From: Candidatus Latescibacterota bacterium
GTDB lineage: Bacteria > Latescibacterota > UBA2968
Direction: 5' to 3'
Assembly: GCA_038279365.1 (NCBI GenBank)
Contig: JAYODI010000031.1
Coordinates: 9,017-55,612, forward strand
DNA length: 46,596 nucleotides
Shown here: one piece after another, positions 21,960 through 30,594 of the stretch
How positions within the stretch are numbered: the first letter of the stretch is position 1
Layout: every line of letters begins with the position of its first letter
Notes under the pieces: generated by a model
Databases searched by the model: none
What the model was told of the DNA's origin: nothing
Seen by the model: the letters and a program-made list of their open reading frames with translations, nothing else
Made by a program: the position numbers and the translations under genes

Positions 21960-21975
21960 TGTTTCACGTGAAACA
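21960..21975. promoter_or_regulatory. parS site 1
   Basis: Perfect TGTTTCACGTGAAACA, inside a 26-bp perfect palindrome at 21955-21980. Confidence 0.93.
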
Positions 21976-22023
21976 TTTACGTCGATGACTATGGGCCAAA
22001 TGAATTGTTAGGTTTTATAGGTA

Positions 22024-22039
22024 TGTTTCACGTGAAACA
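22024..22039. promoter_or_regulatory. parS site 2
   Basis: Perfect TGTTTCACGTGAAACA, 64 bp from site 1. Confidence 0.93.
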
Positions 22040-22047
22040 TTTGGGTA

Positions 22048-22080
22048 AGTGGTGACCTTTTTTATGGGTTGCCACTTTTT
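22048..22080 (+). terminator. Terminator after mnmE
   Basis: AAGTGGTGACC...GGTTGCCACTT followed by a T run. Confidence 0.65.
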
Positions 22081-22927
22081 AATTTGTGTCGGTATCTGTT
22101 TTAAAAGCGATTCTGGCAGCACCCACATTAAGTTCTGGCATGTGTGTTTCGATCAAGCTAAAAGTTTCTTCTACTATCGATGTCAATGAAGCAACGCGCT
22201 TTTGATTTGGGATATGAAAGACATCCGCAAGGCGTTCATAAAGATTAATGGGTGCATATTCCATTTTAGAAATCAGAACTTGAATGCGTTTCCATTCTGC
22301 GGTTTGATAAATACGATTTAAACCGGATAGCATCCCAAGTACATTCATTGAGGTCTTTACCATTGCGTCTTGAAGCATGAGGAAGTCTCCACGTTTATTC
22401 GAATAGATCTCAGGAATCCATAGAGGATCCATCCATAAATGGGCTTGAATCACCGCCAGTCTGAGTCCATCGGGATATTCACGTACTTGATCTTGCCAGT
22501 GTTTGATGACATCCTGACCATGTAAGGGAACAGCATCTAAAAGTCCACCAAGAAAACCTTGTTTGATAGGCATCGTATCATAGCGAACCAGCACGTCATC
22601 TATGAGGTTTTGTGCCGTTATTTCTAAGAAATATCCAATATCAATCCGTGCACCATTTAGATGAAAACAATCTCTTACAATACCCCATTCTTGCATTTGA
22701 TCATGCCGTTTCCATCCCTTGCCGTTGACCACATTGACTGCATCCGTTCTCTGTTGTTCGGATGGGAGGGATGTGCAAAATACAAAAATATCGACATCTG
22801 AGGAATCGTCTGCGATCTCACGGGCAACGGATCCACCGAGAGTGACGGCCAATGTTTCGTCCCACATTGTATATGATTCTGAAATATCACGAGCCAGACG
22901 TGACCATTTTTTGCTCTGTGCTGTCAT
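22079..22927 (-). CDS. Pol-beta superfamily nucleotidyltransferase (DUF4037-like)
   Basis: GGSVAR..AD..SDVDI NTase motif followed by a helical C-domain. ATG at 22927 with a GGAGG SD. Confidence 0.75.
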   Translation of the reverse strand: MTAQSKKWSRLARDISESYTMWDETLAVTLGGSVAREIADDSSDVDIFVFCTSLPSEQQRTDAVNVVNGKGWKRHDQMQEWGIVRDCFHLNGARIDIGYFLEITAQNLIDDVLVRYDTMPIKQGFLGGLLDAVPLHGQDVIKHWQDQVREYPDGLRLAVIQAHLWMDPLWIPEIYSNKRGDFLMLQDAMVKTSMNVLGMLSGLNRIYQTAEWKRIQVLISKMEYAPINLYERLADVFHIPNQKRVASLTSIVEETFSLIETHMPELNVGAARIAFKTDTDTN

Positions 22928-23199
22928 AAAATTCCTCCAATAGAATGCAAACAAATGTTTTGGTATATGGAAGCGATGTATTATTATCCGTTCTGGGATG
23001 CACTTAGAAATCGATTTCATTTTATATTTGGATGAAAACTTGCACGAAATAGAAACCTTGTTCGCGTTCTTCAGGCCAGAGTAATCACTTTGAATACCAA
23101 AACGAAAAGCACTCAGTGTCGATGTGTTTCGTTACCATCTTTGCTACAACATCTTTTAAGACGCAATAGGGAATGCTTTGATATGCATGTAAAATGATG

Positions 23200-23365
23200 C
23201 TGGCCATACCATATCGTATGTAATAATTATGGGAATCTGTGCGTTCATTTCTCCTTTCTGGGATGAAGGGTCAGATCAGAAATATAGAAGAATCGAAGAG
23301 CCGGTTTTCGTGTAGAGCATTCAGGGTCTCAGGTGTTCAAAGAACGTGGTTTTCTATGATCTAAT
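23200..23365 (+). pseudogene. Possible decayed 3' remnant of mnmG (gidA)
   Basis: Fragments across frames (LAIP...VRS...EG...QK...P...RAFRVSGV...VSMI) follow the order of the MnmG C-terminus (IP..Y..LS.EGREKL..P..GQASRISGV...S.L) and lie just upstream of rsmG. Weak, judged by eye. Confidence 0.25.
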
Positions 23366-23399
23366 AAGGTGAAAAATCAAATCTCATTGAGGAAGTCAG

Positions 23400-24050
23400 A
23401 TGATTATTGGTTTTGAAGAAGAGATATACAAAGCTTTTGGGCTCCCATTGACTGGCGATCAAATTCAAATGTTAGGTGCGTATGTTGATCAGCTCAGAGA
23501 ATGGTCTGGAAGGGTAAGATTGATTTCAAAAGGGGATCGAGACTTGATTTGGGAGAGGCATATTACAGACGCCCTTTCGGTTGTAACCTCTTTACCCCAA
23601 GATGGTCTTGTCATGGATTTTGGTTCTGGAGCTGGTTTGCCCGGCATACCAATGGGTATTATGAGACCGGATATTGAGGTTCATCTTCTTGAACCTACGC
23701 GAATGAAGGCTCTTTTTCTAAAACAGGTGATTCAAGATCTCGGTTTAAATCATGTTAACGTGTTGCGATTTCGTTCGGAAGAACTTTTAAAAGAGGGAAA
23801 GGGCATGGGGCAATACGATTGTGTTACGGCACGAGCCGTTGCTGCATTGCCTCAGTTGTGGGAAATGACAAATCCGTTTCTATCGAAATCGGGAAAGTTA
23901 TTGGCTTTAAAAGGGCCAAATCCTTTGGACGAATTTGAAGGTGATTGGCCAAACGATATCCAATATGAGTTGAAGCATTTTACGTTGCCTTTCTGTGAAA
24001 AAGAGAGGGCGCTGGTGATTTTAAGACATGTTTCACGTGAAACATTGTGA
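23400..24050 (+). CDS. rsmG: 16S rRNA m7G527 methyltransferase RsmG (GidB)
   Basis: RHITDAL, DFGSGAGLPGIP, TARAVA, LALKG. GAGG SD. Confidence 0.95.
   Translation: MIIGFEEEIYKAFGLPLTGDQIQMLGAYVDQLREWSGRVRLISKGDRDLIWERHITDALSVVTSLPQDGLVMDFGSGAGLPGIPMGIMRPDIEVHLLEPTRMKALFLKQVIQDLGLNHVNVLRFRSEELLKEGKGMGQYDCVTARAVAALPQLWEMTNPFLSKSGKLLALKGPNPLDEFEGDWPNDIQYELKHFTLPFCEKERALVILRHVSRETL
24029..24044. promoter_or_regulatory. parS site 3, inside the 3' end of rsmG
   Basis: Perfect TGTTTCACGTGAAACA, encoding the terminal (H)VSRET of RsmG. Confidence 0.93.
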
Positions 24051-24369
24051 TAGATCCACACCCGATGGTTTCCATTTTTTGAACATGATCGCCAATGGTG
24101 TCGGAAACAGTTTGATAGAAAATAAAGTCTGAAACTTAGCAGATGGACTGTGTGCTTTAAATGGTTAAAAACAGGCATTTGAAGGGTCGAAAAGTAGAAA
24201 AAAACGATAATTTTTATAAACGATTGTTTTTACACTAATTACGATCAGGTTGTAAAATTTGCTCTGTTAAGCGATTAATGCTTGGGGTGGGTAAATTTAT
24301 GGAAAAGCATTAAAGTGGGCTTAAACTGCAATTCTGTGCGTTAGGTGGCATTTTAGGGTTTTGGGCATG

Positions 24370-24404
24370 AAAAAAGGGGCATCTCTTCAGTGAGATGCCC
24401 CTTT
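24370..24404 (-). terminator. Terminator of the XRE gene
   Basis: AAAAAAGGGGCATCTC-TTCAGT-GAGATGCCCCTTT. Confidence 0.8.
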
Positions 24405-24427
24405 GTATTTTGAGAAATGGATTTTTT

Positions 24428-24925
24428 TCAGGTTTCACCTAAAAATGTTTTGGCTGTTGTGAGCAGTACTTGAAATTGTTGTTTGGTCATTTTGTTGGCT
24501 AAGTGAATGAGGGTGGGGATGTCGTGATCTGCAACTTTGCTGCTGGCCTCAATGGCTTCACGCCAAGCTTTGTTTTTCAAGACTCGCCGAACGCCCGCGC
24601 TTTGTAATGCTTTGGCTGTGGCTGCATCGAGATATTTGTTTTCCAGAACTTCGCTGATGACGGGATCTGTCATTAAGTTTTCCATCTGAGAAAAGAGTTG
24701 CTGTACTTCCTTTGTTTGGGTTCGCTCCCGATAAGCTGAAATGAGTAGCTTTCGCGCGTCCAAATCAAGCGCTTGTGCAAGTAGCAAGCAGCGTTCATCT
24801 GATGGAACACGTTCCCCTTTTTCGATTTGCCCGATATAAGTCCCCCAAACGCCGATCAGCTCGCCAAGCGATTGTTGGCTATAACGTCCATCTCTTGCTT
24901 TTTTAATGATCTCACCAAACCGCAT
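24428..24925 (-). CDS. XRE/Cro-family helix-turn-helix transcriptional regulator
   Basis: FGEIIKKAR...SQQSLGELIGV...YIGQIEKGERVPS.....LAQALDL. ATG at 24925 with a GGAGGGG SD. Confidence 0.85.
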   Translation of the reverse strand: MRFGEIIKKARDGRYSQQSLGELIGVWGTYIGQIEKGERVPSDERCLLLAQALDLDARKLLISAYRERTQTKEVQQLFSQMENLMTDPVISEVLENKYLDAATAKALQSAGVRRVLKNKAWREAIEASSKVADHDIPTLIHLANKMTKQQFQVLLTTAKTFLGET

Positions 24926-25047
24926 AAAACCCCTCCCACAAAGTTTCATTTATATGCAAAACTGGGCATATTAATATGATTTGAAAAAGCAAAACAAGCA
25001 AGCTAAATCCTTGAGAAACATGCATGTTACATGGAAAACATTTCCGC

Positions 25048-25076
25048 TTGACAACACACACTTGAGAGCGTATATT
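25048..25076 (+). promoter_or_regulatory. Sigma70 promoter divergent from the XRE gene
   Basis: TTGACA-17 bp-TATATT; predicted TSS about 25083. Confidence 0.75.
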
Positions 25077-25082
25077 GTCGTT

Positions 25083-25355
25083 TACAACCTCTGACGCTCC
25101 CCACGCAGAGGGGGTCATACACAAACCAGTGTGTGTGCATTTGGGCCGTAAGGCTCATAAAAATAAGGAGAAACGACATTCGGATCAACCATATTTTGTT
25201 CGAATAATCGTTCTCTTTGTTGGTGGGGAGGGTAAACCGATCTTGCTCTGATTCCCCTTTCTCCCCAGATCGTTAGGGCTTACCCTCCCCATACTTATTC
25301 CCCAATAGTCGTACCTCCATATTATTATTCCAATATAAATAATGAGGATGACCTC
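25083..25355 (+). ncRNA. Candidate structured 5' leader or sRNA
   Basis: About five successive hairpins, including GGGCC-GTAA-GGCTC and TGGGGAGGGTAA...TTACCCTCCCCA, with C-rich loops. Confidence 0.4.
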
Positions 25356-25796
25356 ATGGCTTTAGGTGCGGGTGATTTAGACTTGCTACGCGAGACCATT
25401 CATGCAGCTGTTGGTGCTGCGCAAGAAAAAATGACTTTGGCGGTATCTTCTCAGCTGGAGTTGACACAACAAAGGCTTTCGCAACATGTTATGGATCAGA
25501 TTGAGATCTCACAAGAAAAGATGGCACAAATGATTGCCCGTCAATTTGTGGAGTTGCGAACAGAGCTTCAAGACATGCAAGTATCTATTCGCAAAGTAGG
25601 TTCACGTCAGGCACAAGCCGAAGCAGACTTGGCTGAAGTAGGACGCAACTGTGAGTTGCTCAAACGCAGGCTTTCAGACCTGCACGATGATTTGGGAACT
25701 GGCGATCGGGTCATACTGGAACGAGAAATGTCACTTCGAATTGATCACCTTGAGCGCGAAGTGGGTGAGTTACGTAGTCGTTTATCGGCCGTTTAG
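25356..25796 (+). CDS. Hypothetical coiled-coil protein
   Basis: 146-aa ORF with a GAGGA SD, heptad-rich helical sequence, own promoter and terminator. Confidence 0.75.
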   Translation: MALGAGDLDLLRETIHAAVGAAQEKMTLAVSSQLELTQQRLSQHVMDQIEISQEKMAQMIARQFVELRTELQDMQVSIRKVGSRQAQAEADLAEVGRNCELLKRRLSDLHDDLGTGDRVILEREMSLRIDHLEREVGELRSRLSAV

Positions 25797-25848
25797 CATT
25801 TACAATTAGAGAAAATAAGACATTTTCTTGTTTGATCATCTATTGGGA

Positions 25849-25898
25849 AAACATCAAAAATCCCCCAGAGAAAAACCTCTGGGGGATTTTTGATGTTT
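25849..25898. terminator. Bidirectional terminator
   Basis: 22-bp perfect arms AAACATCAAAAATCCCCCAGAG / CTCTGGGGGATTTTTGATGTTT between convergent genes. Confidence 0.88.
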
Positions 25899-25919
25899 AT
25901 TCAAAAAGCAAAAAGTGTA

Positions 25920-26780
25920 TTAATCTGAAACAACAGGGTTTTCGAGGCGTCCCAATCCGTCAACTTCGCAAACAACCACATCGCCATCTTTGAGCCACAG
26001 TTGGGGTTTGCGGCCCATACCCACACCAGGAGGGGTTCCTGTAAAAATGAGATCACCGGGGGTGAGGGTAAAGACATGGGATAAATAAGATATCAGCTTT
26101 TCAATGCTGAAAATGAGTTGAGAGGTGTTGGAGTTTTGAACGGTTTCGCCATTTAAAATACAACGAATACCCAAATTACCAGGATTGGGCACTTCATCAG
26201 ATGTGACCAATTCTGGGCCAATAGGTGCAAAAGTATCAAAAGTTTTCCCCATCATCCATTGCCCGGCGGGTTTTTGAAGTTGATAGTCGCGAGCGCTGAC
26301 ATCGTGACCAACTGTATACCCGGCCACATAAGATAACGCATCGGCTTCTGAAATATGCCGACCGGCTTTCCCAATAATAACAACAAGCTCCACTTCATAA
26401 TCAACTTGGGTGCTTACAGACGGGGCAACAATGTTATCACCCGGATTGATGATGGAAGAAGCGTACTTTGAAAAAACAACAGGTTCTGGAGGGATGGGCA
26501 TGCCACTTTCGGCAGCATGATCGGCATAATTAAGACCAATACAAATAATCTTTTCGGGATTATGAATAGGGGCACAAATTTTTACTTCAGATACGGGAAT
26601 GGTGTTTGTGCCAGCGTTTGCAGCGGCGTTTGCGCTTTTGAGGGCACTATCACCCGCTGCAAGAAAGTCGCGCATATTGGTGGGTAAAGAAGCATCGGCT
26701 TTGCTGAGATCGACAATTGCATCGCCATTACGCACGCCCAATCGACGTGTGCCTTGGTGTTCAAAAGTAACGAGGCGCAT
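25920..26780 (-). CDS. Fumarylacetoacetate hydrolase (FAH) family protein
   Basis: KIICIGLNYADHAAE, DYEVEL, HDVSARD, GKTFDTFAPIGP, PGDLIFTGTPPGVG. Confidence 0.93.
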   Translation of the reverse strand: MRLVTFEHQGTRRLGVRNGDAIVDLSKADASLPTNMRDFLAAGDSALKSANAAANAGTNTIPVSEVKICAPIHNPEKIICIGLNYADHAAESGMPIPPEPVVFSKYASSIINPGDNIVAPSVSTQVDYEVELVVIIGKAGRHISEADALSYVAGYTVGHDVSARDYQLQKPAGQWMMGKTFDTFAPIGPELVTSDEVPNPGNLGIRCILNGETVQNSNTSQLIFSIEKLISYLSHVFTLTPGDLIFTGTPPGVGMGRKPQLWLKDGDVVVCEVDGLGRLENPVVSD

Positions 26781-26860
26781 AAGGTTTCCTTATTGGCATG
26801 AGGTGAAAACGACGGATAGGTATTGTGGGTTAAAAACAACAAATTAACAAAAGAAATTAT

Positions 26861-28252
26861 CTATGCTTTTGGGCCAATCATGTTTTCTGGGCGAACAAAT
26901 TTATCAAAATCATCGGCTGACAAAAGTTCAAGAGCCACAGCGGCTTCTTTTAGTGTGGTGTTATCGGCAAATGCTTTTTTGGCCACTTTGGCGGCGTTGT
27001 CATAACCTATATGTGGGTTGAGCGCGGTAACCAACATAAGGGATTCACGCAAATACCGTTCAATATTGTCTCGATTGGGTTCAATGCCAATGGCACAGTG
27101 TTCGTCAAACATTTCGCAAGCATCGGCCAAAAGGCGAATGGAATGTAACAAGTTGTGGATCATCATGGGTTTGTAGACATTGAGTTCAAAATTGCCAGAT
27201 GCTCCGCCAACAGCTATGGCGGCGTCATTGCCAATAACTTGGGCAGCAACCATTGTCATGGCTTCACATTGTGTGGGATTGACTTTGCCAGGCATAATGG
27301 AACTGCCAGGTTCATTTTCGGGTAACCGTATTTCACCAATGCCACAACGGGGCCCAGATGCCAACCAGCGAATGTCATTGGCGATTTTCATTAGGGAGCA
27401 TGCTACGGTTTTGAGTGTGCCACTGGTTTGAACAATGGCGTCGTGGGCGGCAAGAGATTCAAACTTGTTGGGAGCAGTTACAAAGGGTAATTTGGTAATG
27501 GTGGCAATCGTTTTGGCTGCTCTTTCTGCAAATTCGGGGTGGGTGTTAAGTCCTGTTCCTACTGCAGTTCCACCCAAAGCAAGTTCATAAAGTTGGGGCA
27601 AACAGGCTTCGATGCGCTCTAGGCCTTTGCTCAATTGGGTTACATACCCAGAAAACTCCTGCTCCAGGGTCATGGGTGTAGCGTCCATGAGATGTGTTCG
27701 GCCAATTTTGATGATATCATGAAAAGATTTGGCTTTTTTATCAAGGGTGTTTCGGAGTTGTGTGATCATTGGGAGCAGGCGGCGATTGATTTCTTCTGCT
27801 GCGGCAATGTGCATGCCTGTGGGAAAGGTGTCATTTGAAGATTGCCCCATATTCACATGGTCGTTGGGGTGTATGGGTTTTTTGCTGCCCATTTCGCCGC
27901 CTGCAAGTTCTATGGCTCGGTTTGAGATCACTTCATTGGCATTCATATTGGTTTGTGTGCCACTGCCGGTTTGCCAAACGCGCAAAGGAAAATGATCGTC
28001 GAGTTTGCCTTCTATTACTTCATCGGCAGCTTGAACAATCAAAGTGGCTTTGTCTTTAGGAAGTTTGCCCAAATCTTGGTTGACCAAAGCTGCGGCTTTT
28101 TTTAGGATGCCCAATGCACGAATAAGTTCACGGGGCATGGTATCATTGCCAATATTAAAGTGAATCAAAGAACGGGCTGTTTGGGCACCATAGTATTGGT
28201 TGGTAGGTACTTGAATGTCGCCCATGCTGTCTGATTCAATTCGATATTCCAT
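26861..28252 (-). CDS. fumC: Class II fumarate hydratase
   Basis: [41 protein letters not shown] and signature [16 protein letters not shown]. Confidence 0.97.
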   Translation of the reverse strand: MEYRIESDSMGDIQVPTNQYYGAQTARSLIHFNIGNDTMPRELIRALGILKKAAALVNQDLGKLPKDKATLIVQAADEVIEGKLDDHFPLRVWQTGSGTQTNMNANEVISNRAIELAGGEMGSKKPIHPNDHVNMGQSSNDTFPTGMHIAAAEEINRRLLPMITQLRNTLDKKAKSFHDIIKIGRTHLMDATPMTLEQEFSGYVTQLSKGLERIEACLPQLYELALGGTAVGTGLNTHPEFAERAAKTIATITKLPFVTAPNKFESLAAHDAIVQTSGTLKTVACSLMKIANDIRWLASGPRCGIGEIRLPENEPGSSIMPGKVNPTQCEAMTMVAAQVIGNDAAIAVGGASGNFELNVYKPMMIHNLLHSIRLLADACEMFDEHCAIGIEPNRDNIERYLRESLMLVTALNPHIGYDNAAKVAKKAFADNTTLKEAAVALELLSADDFDKFVRPENMIGPKA

Positions 28253-28429
28253 AGTTTTTCTCCAAAAAATGGGAAGTAGTTTTCTATTTGAGGAAGAAAA
28301 ATAAAGCGCGGGAGCAAGATGGTGTCAAGAGAATTCGAGAGATGAATAACCGTTTAAACGAACAAGATCAGACAAGGGCTGTAATAGAAGAATCGGGCAA
28401 GGTTGAATCGGGTGGGTAAATGGGAGAAT

Positions 28430-28600
28430 AAAAAAATACCTCGTCTCGGCCAGAAGGATGGGGACCCCTGGCGGAAACGAGGTGGCGCACGGGTGCGCTG
28501 GGGGAGTTTTGGGGAAGATGTGCCAAATGGCACGTTGGGAGATACGGGTCTAAACCCGCAGAGTAGGAATGGAATTTGGTGTTACGTAAATCCCGTTTCC
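28430..28600 (-). ncRNA. Candidate small RNA with repeated UCCC(C) motifs and an intrinsic terminator
   Basis: Minus strand: hairpins GCGGGT/ACCCGT, GTGCCA/TGGCAC and GCGCAC/GTGCGC, separated by ATCTCCCAAC and ATCTTCCCCAAAACTCCCCCA, then an ACCTCGT...ACGAGGT stem and ATTTTTTT. Possible -10 TATCTT at 28607-28612. Confidence 0.5.
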
Positions 28601-28770
28601 GTAAAAAAGATACCCACTTTGTGTGTCACAAGGAACCCCACAAATGCCATATATTCGCGTTAAACTGGTTGTTTGCGCATAAGAAAATAACATATGCCTG
28701 TTGTCTATTCGACGCATCTGATTTAAGTTAGGTTCCAAATGGGATTAATTTTTTTTATGGAGGAATTTTG

Positions 28771-29460
28771 ATGAAGCGATTCGCCTGTGCTGTGCTGTGT
28801 GTCTTTTTGGTGGGATGTAATCAAGGTCAAATTGATACCTTAAGTGAAGAAAATACAAAGCTTAAAAATGAAAATCAGTCGTTGAAAACTTCAATTGAAA
28901 AACAGGAATTAAAACTGAAACGTGCAGAAGTGCTCGATCAACGATTGGGTTTTTTGGTTAATCAAATGAAAGGTGTTAAAGCGCGCATTAAAACCAATAT
29001 GGGTGATATTGAGGTCAAATTTCATCCAGAAAATGCACCTATTCACTGTTTCAATTTTATCACTCGGGCAGAAAGTGGCTTTTACAATGGTACGAAATTT
29101 CACCGAGTCATTCCTGGATTCATGATTCAGGGTGGTGATCCTAACTCCAAAGACAACAATCCTGCCGATGATGGCGGCGGCGGGCCTTTGGTACATATTC
29201 CCCACGAGTTTAACAACACCAATCATTTACCAGGTATTTTGTCGATGGCTCGAGTATCGGACGTTTCGGCGGGTGCTGGGAGCCAATTCTTTATTATGCA
29301 CGGAAATGCCGAATTTCTCAATCAGCAATACACGGCTTTTGGTGAAGTGACAAAGGGTCAGGAAGTGGTTGATATGATTGCAAAATCAGAAATCAATCCG
29401 CGTGTCAAAGATCGTCCAGCAAAGGATATGGTAATTAAAAACATAGAGGTATTTCGATAA
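28771..29460 (+). CDS. Cyclophilin-type peptidyl-prolyl isomerase, lipoprotein with N-terminal coiled coil
   Basis: Lipobox LVGC, FHRVIPGFMIQGGD, GILSMAR, AGSQFFI, YTAFGEV. GGAGG SD. Confidence 0.93.
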   Translation: MKRFACAVLCVFLVGCNQGQIDTLSEENTKLKNENQSLKTSIEKQELKLKRAEVLDQRLGFLVNQMKGVKARIKTNMGDIEVKFHPENAPIHCFNFITRAESGFYNGTKFHRVIPGFMIQGGDPNSKDNNPADDGGGGPLVHIPHEFNNTNHLPGILSMARVSDVSAGAGSQFFIMHGNAEFLNQQYTAFGEVTKGQEVVDMIAKSEINPRVKDRPAKDMVIKNIEVFR

Positions 29461-29499
29461 TCATCTGGCGACATAGGCTGCTTCAATATCATAACTTTT

Positions 29500-29534
29500 A
29501 AGCGATCAATTTAGGGCAATTGATCGCTTTTTTT
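29500..29534 (+). terminator. Terminator after the cyclophilin gene
   Basis: AAGCGATCAATT...AATTGATCGCTTTTTTT. Confidence 0.8.
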
Positions 29535-29619
29535 ATTTTTTAAAATGTGAATATGTGTAAAAGTAAAATTGAAAAATAAATATCTTATTATTAATGAATT
29601 ACATTTCAAATCATATCAA

Positions 29620-29662
29620 TTATTCACATCTTAAAAAAGTTATCCACATATGGTGTTGATAA
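29620..29662. promoter_or_regulatory. Secondary DnaA-box cluster
   Basis: TTATTCACA (29620-29628), TTATCCACA (29640-29648) and TGTTGATAA (29654-29662) in a very AT-rich intergenic region. Confidence 0.6.
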
Positions 29663-29758
29663 CTTTTTACAGTGTTTTTGGTTTTGTTGAAGGGCATTGA
29701 GTAAATTTCTTTTTGTAAACATATTCCATTCTGAACAGTTAAGAAAAATAGATTTCAC

Positions 29759-29787
29759 TTGCTCGCCCCTTTTAATTGTTCTATATT
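29759..29787 (+). promoter_or_regulatory. Sigma70 promoter for the CDP-alcohol phosphatidyltransferase gene
   Basis: TTGCTC-17 bp-TATATT. Confidence 0.5.
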
Positions 29788-29834
29788 AACAATTGTTGTA
29801 AATTCAAGTAATTCCAATGAAATAAGGCTCTTTT

Positions 29835-30434
29835 TTGCCGGGGATTCGTGTCGTGATTGAGAAAATAAAAGACGACGTTGCCGAAATCCTGGAACCCTCT
29901 ACACAATATCTGGTTGAAAAGCGGTTTGCACCCGATTGGCTGACGTTAATTGGCTTTGTGATTAACATTGGGGCTGCCGCTTTGTTTGGTTTGGGGTATT
30001 ATCTCTGGGCCGGAATCACTGTGCTGTTGGCAGGTGTTTTTGATTTGTTAGATGGCCAGGTTGCTCGCAAGGGCAAAACAGCAACGCGCTTTGGTGCCTT
30101 GCTGGATTCTACCGTAGACCGGTATTCAGAAATTGTGGTTTGGTTTGGGATTGCGGTCAGTTATATTCGGGCAGATGATTTATGGACCAGTTCGGCGGTG
30201 TTTTTTGCCTTGGCTGGTTCTTTGATGGTAAGTTATGTGCGTGCTCGCATTGAAGGTTTAGGGGGAGAGTGTCGGGTTGGGTTTATGCAAAGGCCTGAGC
30301 GCGTCATTGCCATTGGCGTGGGTGCTTTGGTGGGCACGATTGGTTTGAGCATTGCTGTTTGGGTAATTGCCATTTTGGCCAACTTTACAGCAATGGAACG
30401 TATGTTTCACTTTCGAAGACAAGAAAAATCCTAA
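29835..30434 (+). CDS. CDP-alcohol phosphatidyltransferase (PIP-synthase-like)
   Basis: Family motif DLLDGQVAR...G.LLDSTVDRYSE, plus SYVRAR.EGLG and GFMQRPER. Confidence 0.9.
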   Translation: MPGIRVVIEKIKDDVAEILEPSTQYLVEKRFAPDWLTLIGFVINIGAAALFGLGYYLWAGITVLLAGVFDLLDGQVARKGKTATRFGALLDSTVDRYSEIVVWFGIAVSYIRADDLWTSSAVFFALAGSLMVSYVRARIEGLGGECRVGFMQRPERVIAIGVGALVGTIGLSIAVWVIAILANFTAMERMFHFRRQEKS

Positions 30435-30455
30435 GTTATTCAAACGTGACTTGGG

Positions 30456-30493
30456 AATGAAACCCGGGCGATTCTCCCGGGTTTTCTCATTTT
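30456..30493 (+). terminator. Hairpin, possible terminator
   Basis: AAACCCGGG-CGATTCT-CCCGGGTTTT. Confidence 0.55.
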
Positions 30494-30594
30494 GAGCAGA
30501 GAAGAAATCAACAAAGCTTATTCAATTGATTACAAAGCCAAAATGGTGAAACGTCGCATAAGTTAGAAACGTCCAAGTTTAACAAGGTGAGTCA

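Noticed and set aside
25025..25040. Fourth parS site
   Set aside because: Several mismatches in the conserved CACGTG core; more plausibly an operator, or chance.
28430..28600. c-di-GMP-I or another known riboswitch
   Set aside because: I could not find the GGCAAAC..GAAA..GACGCAAAGC core or other known aptamer signatures; kept as an unknown sRNA candidate.
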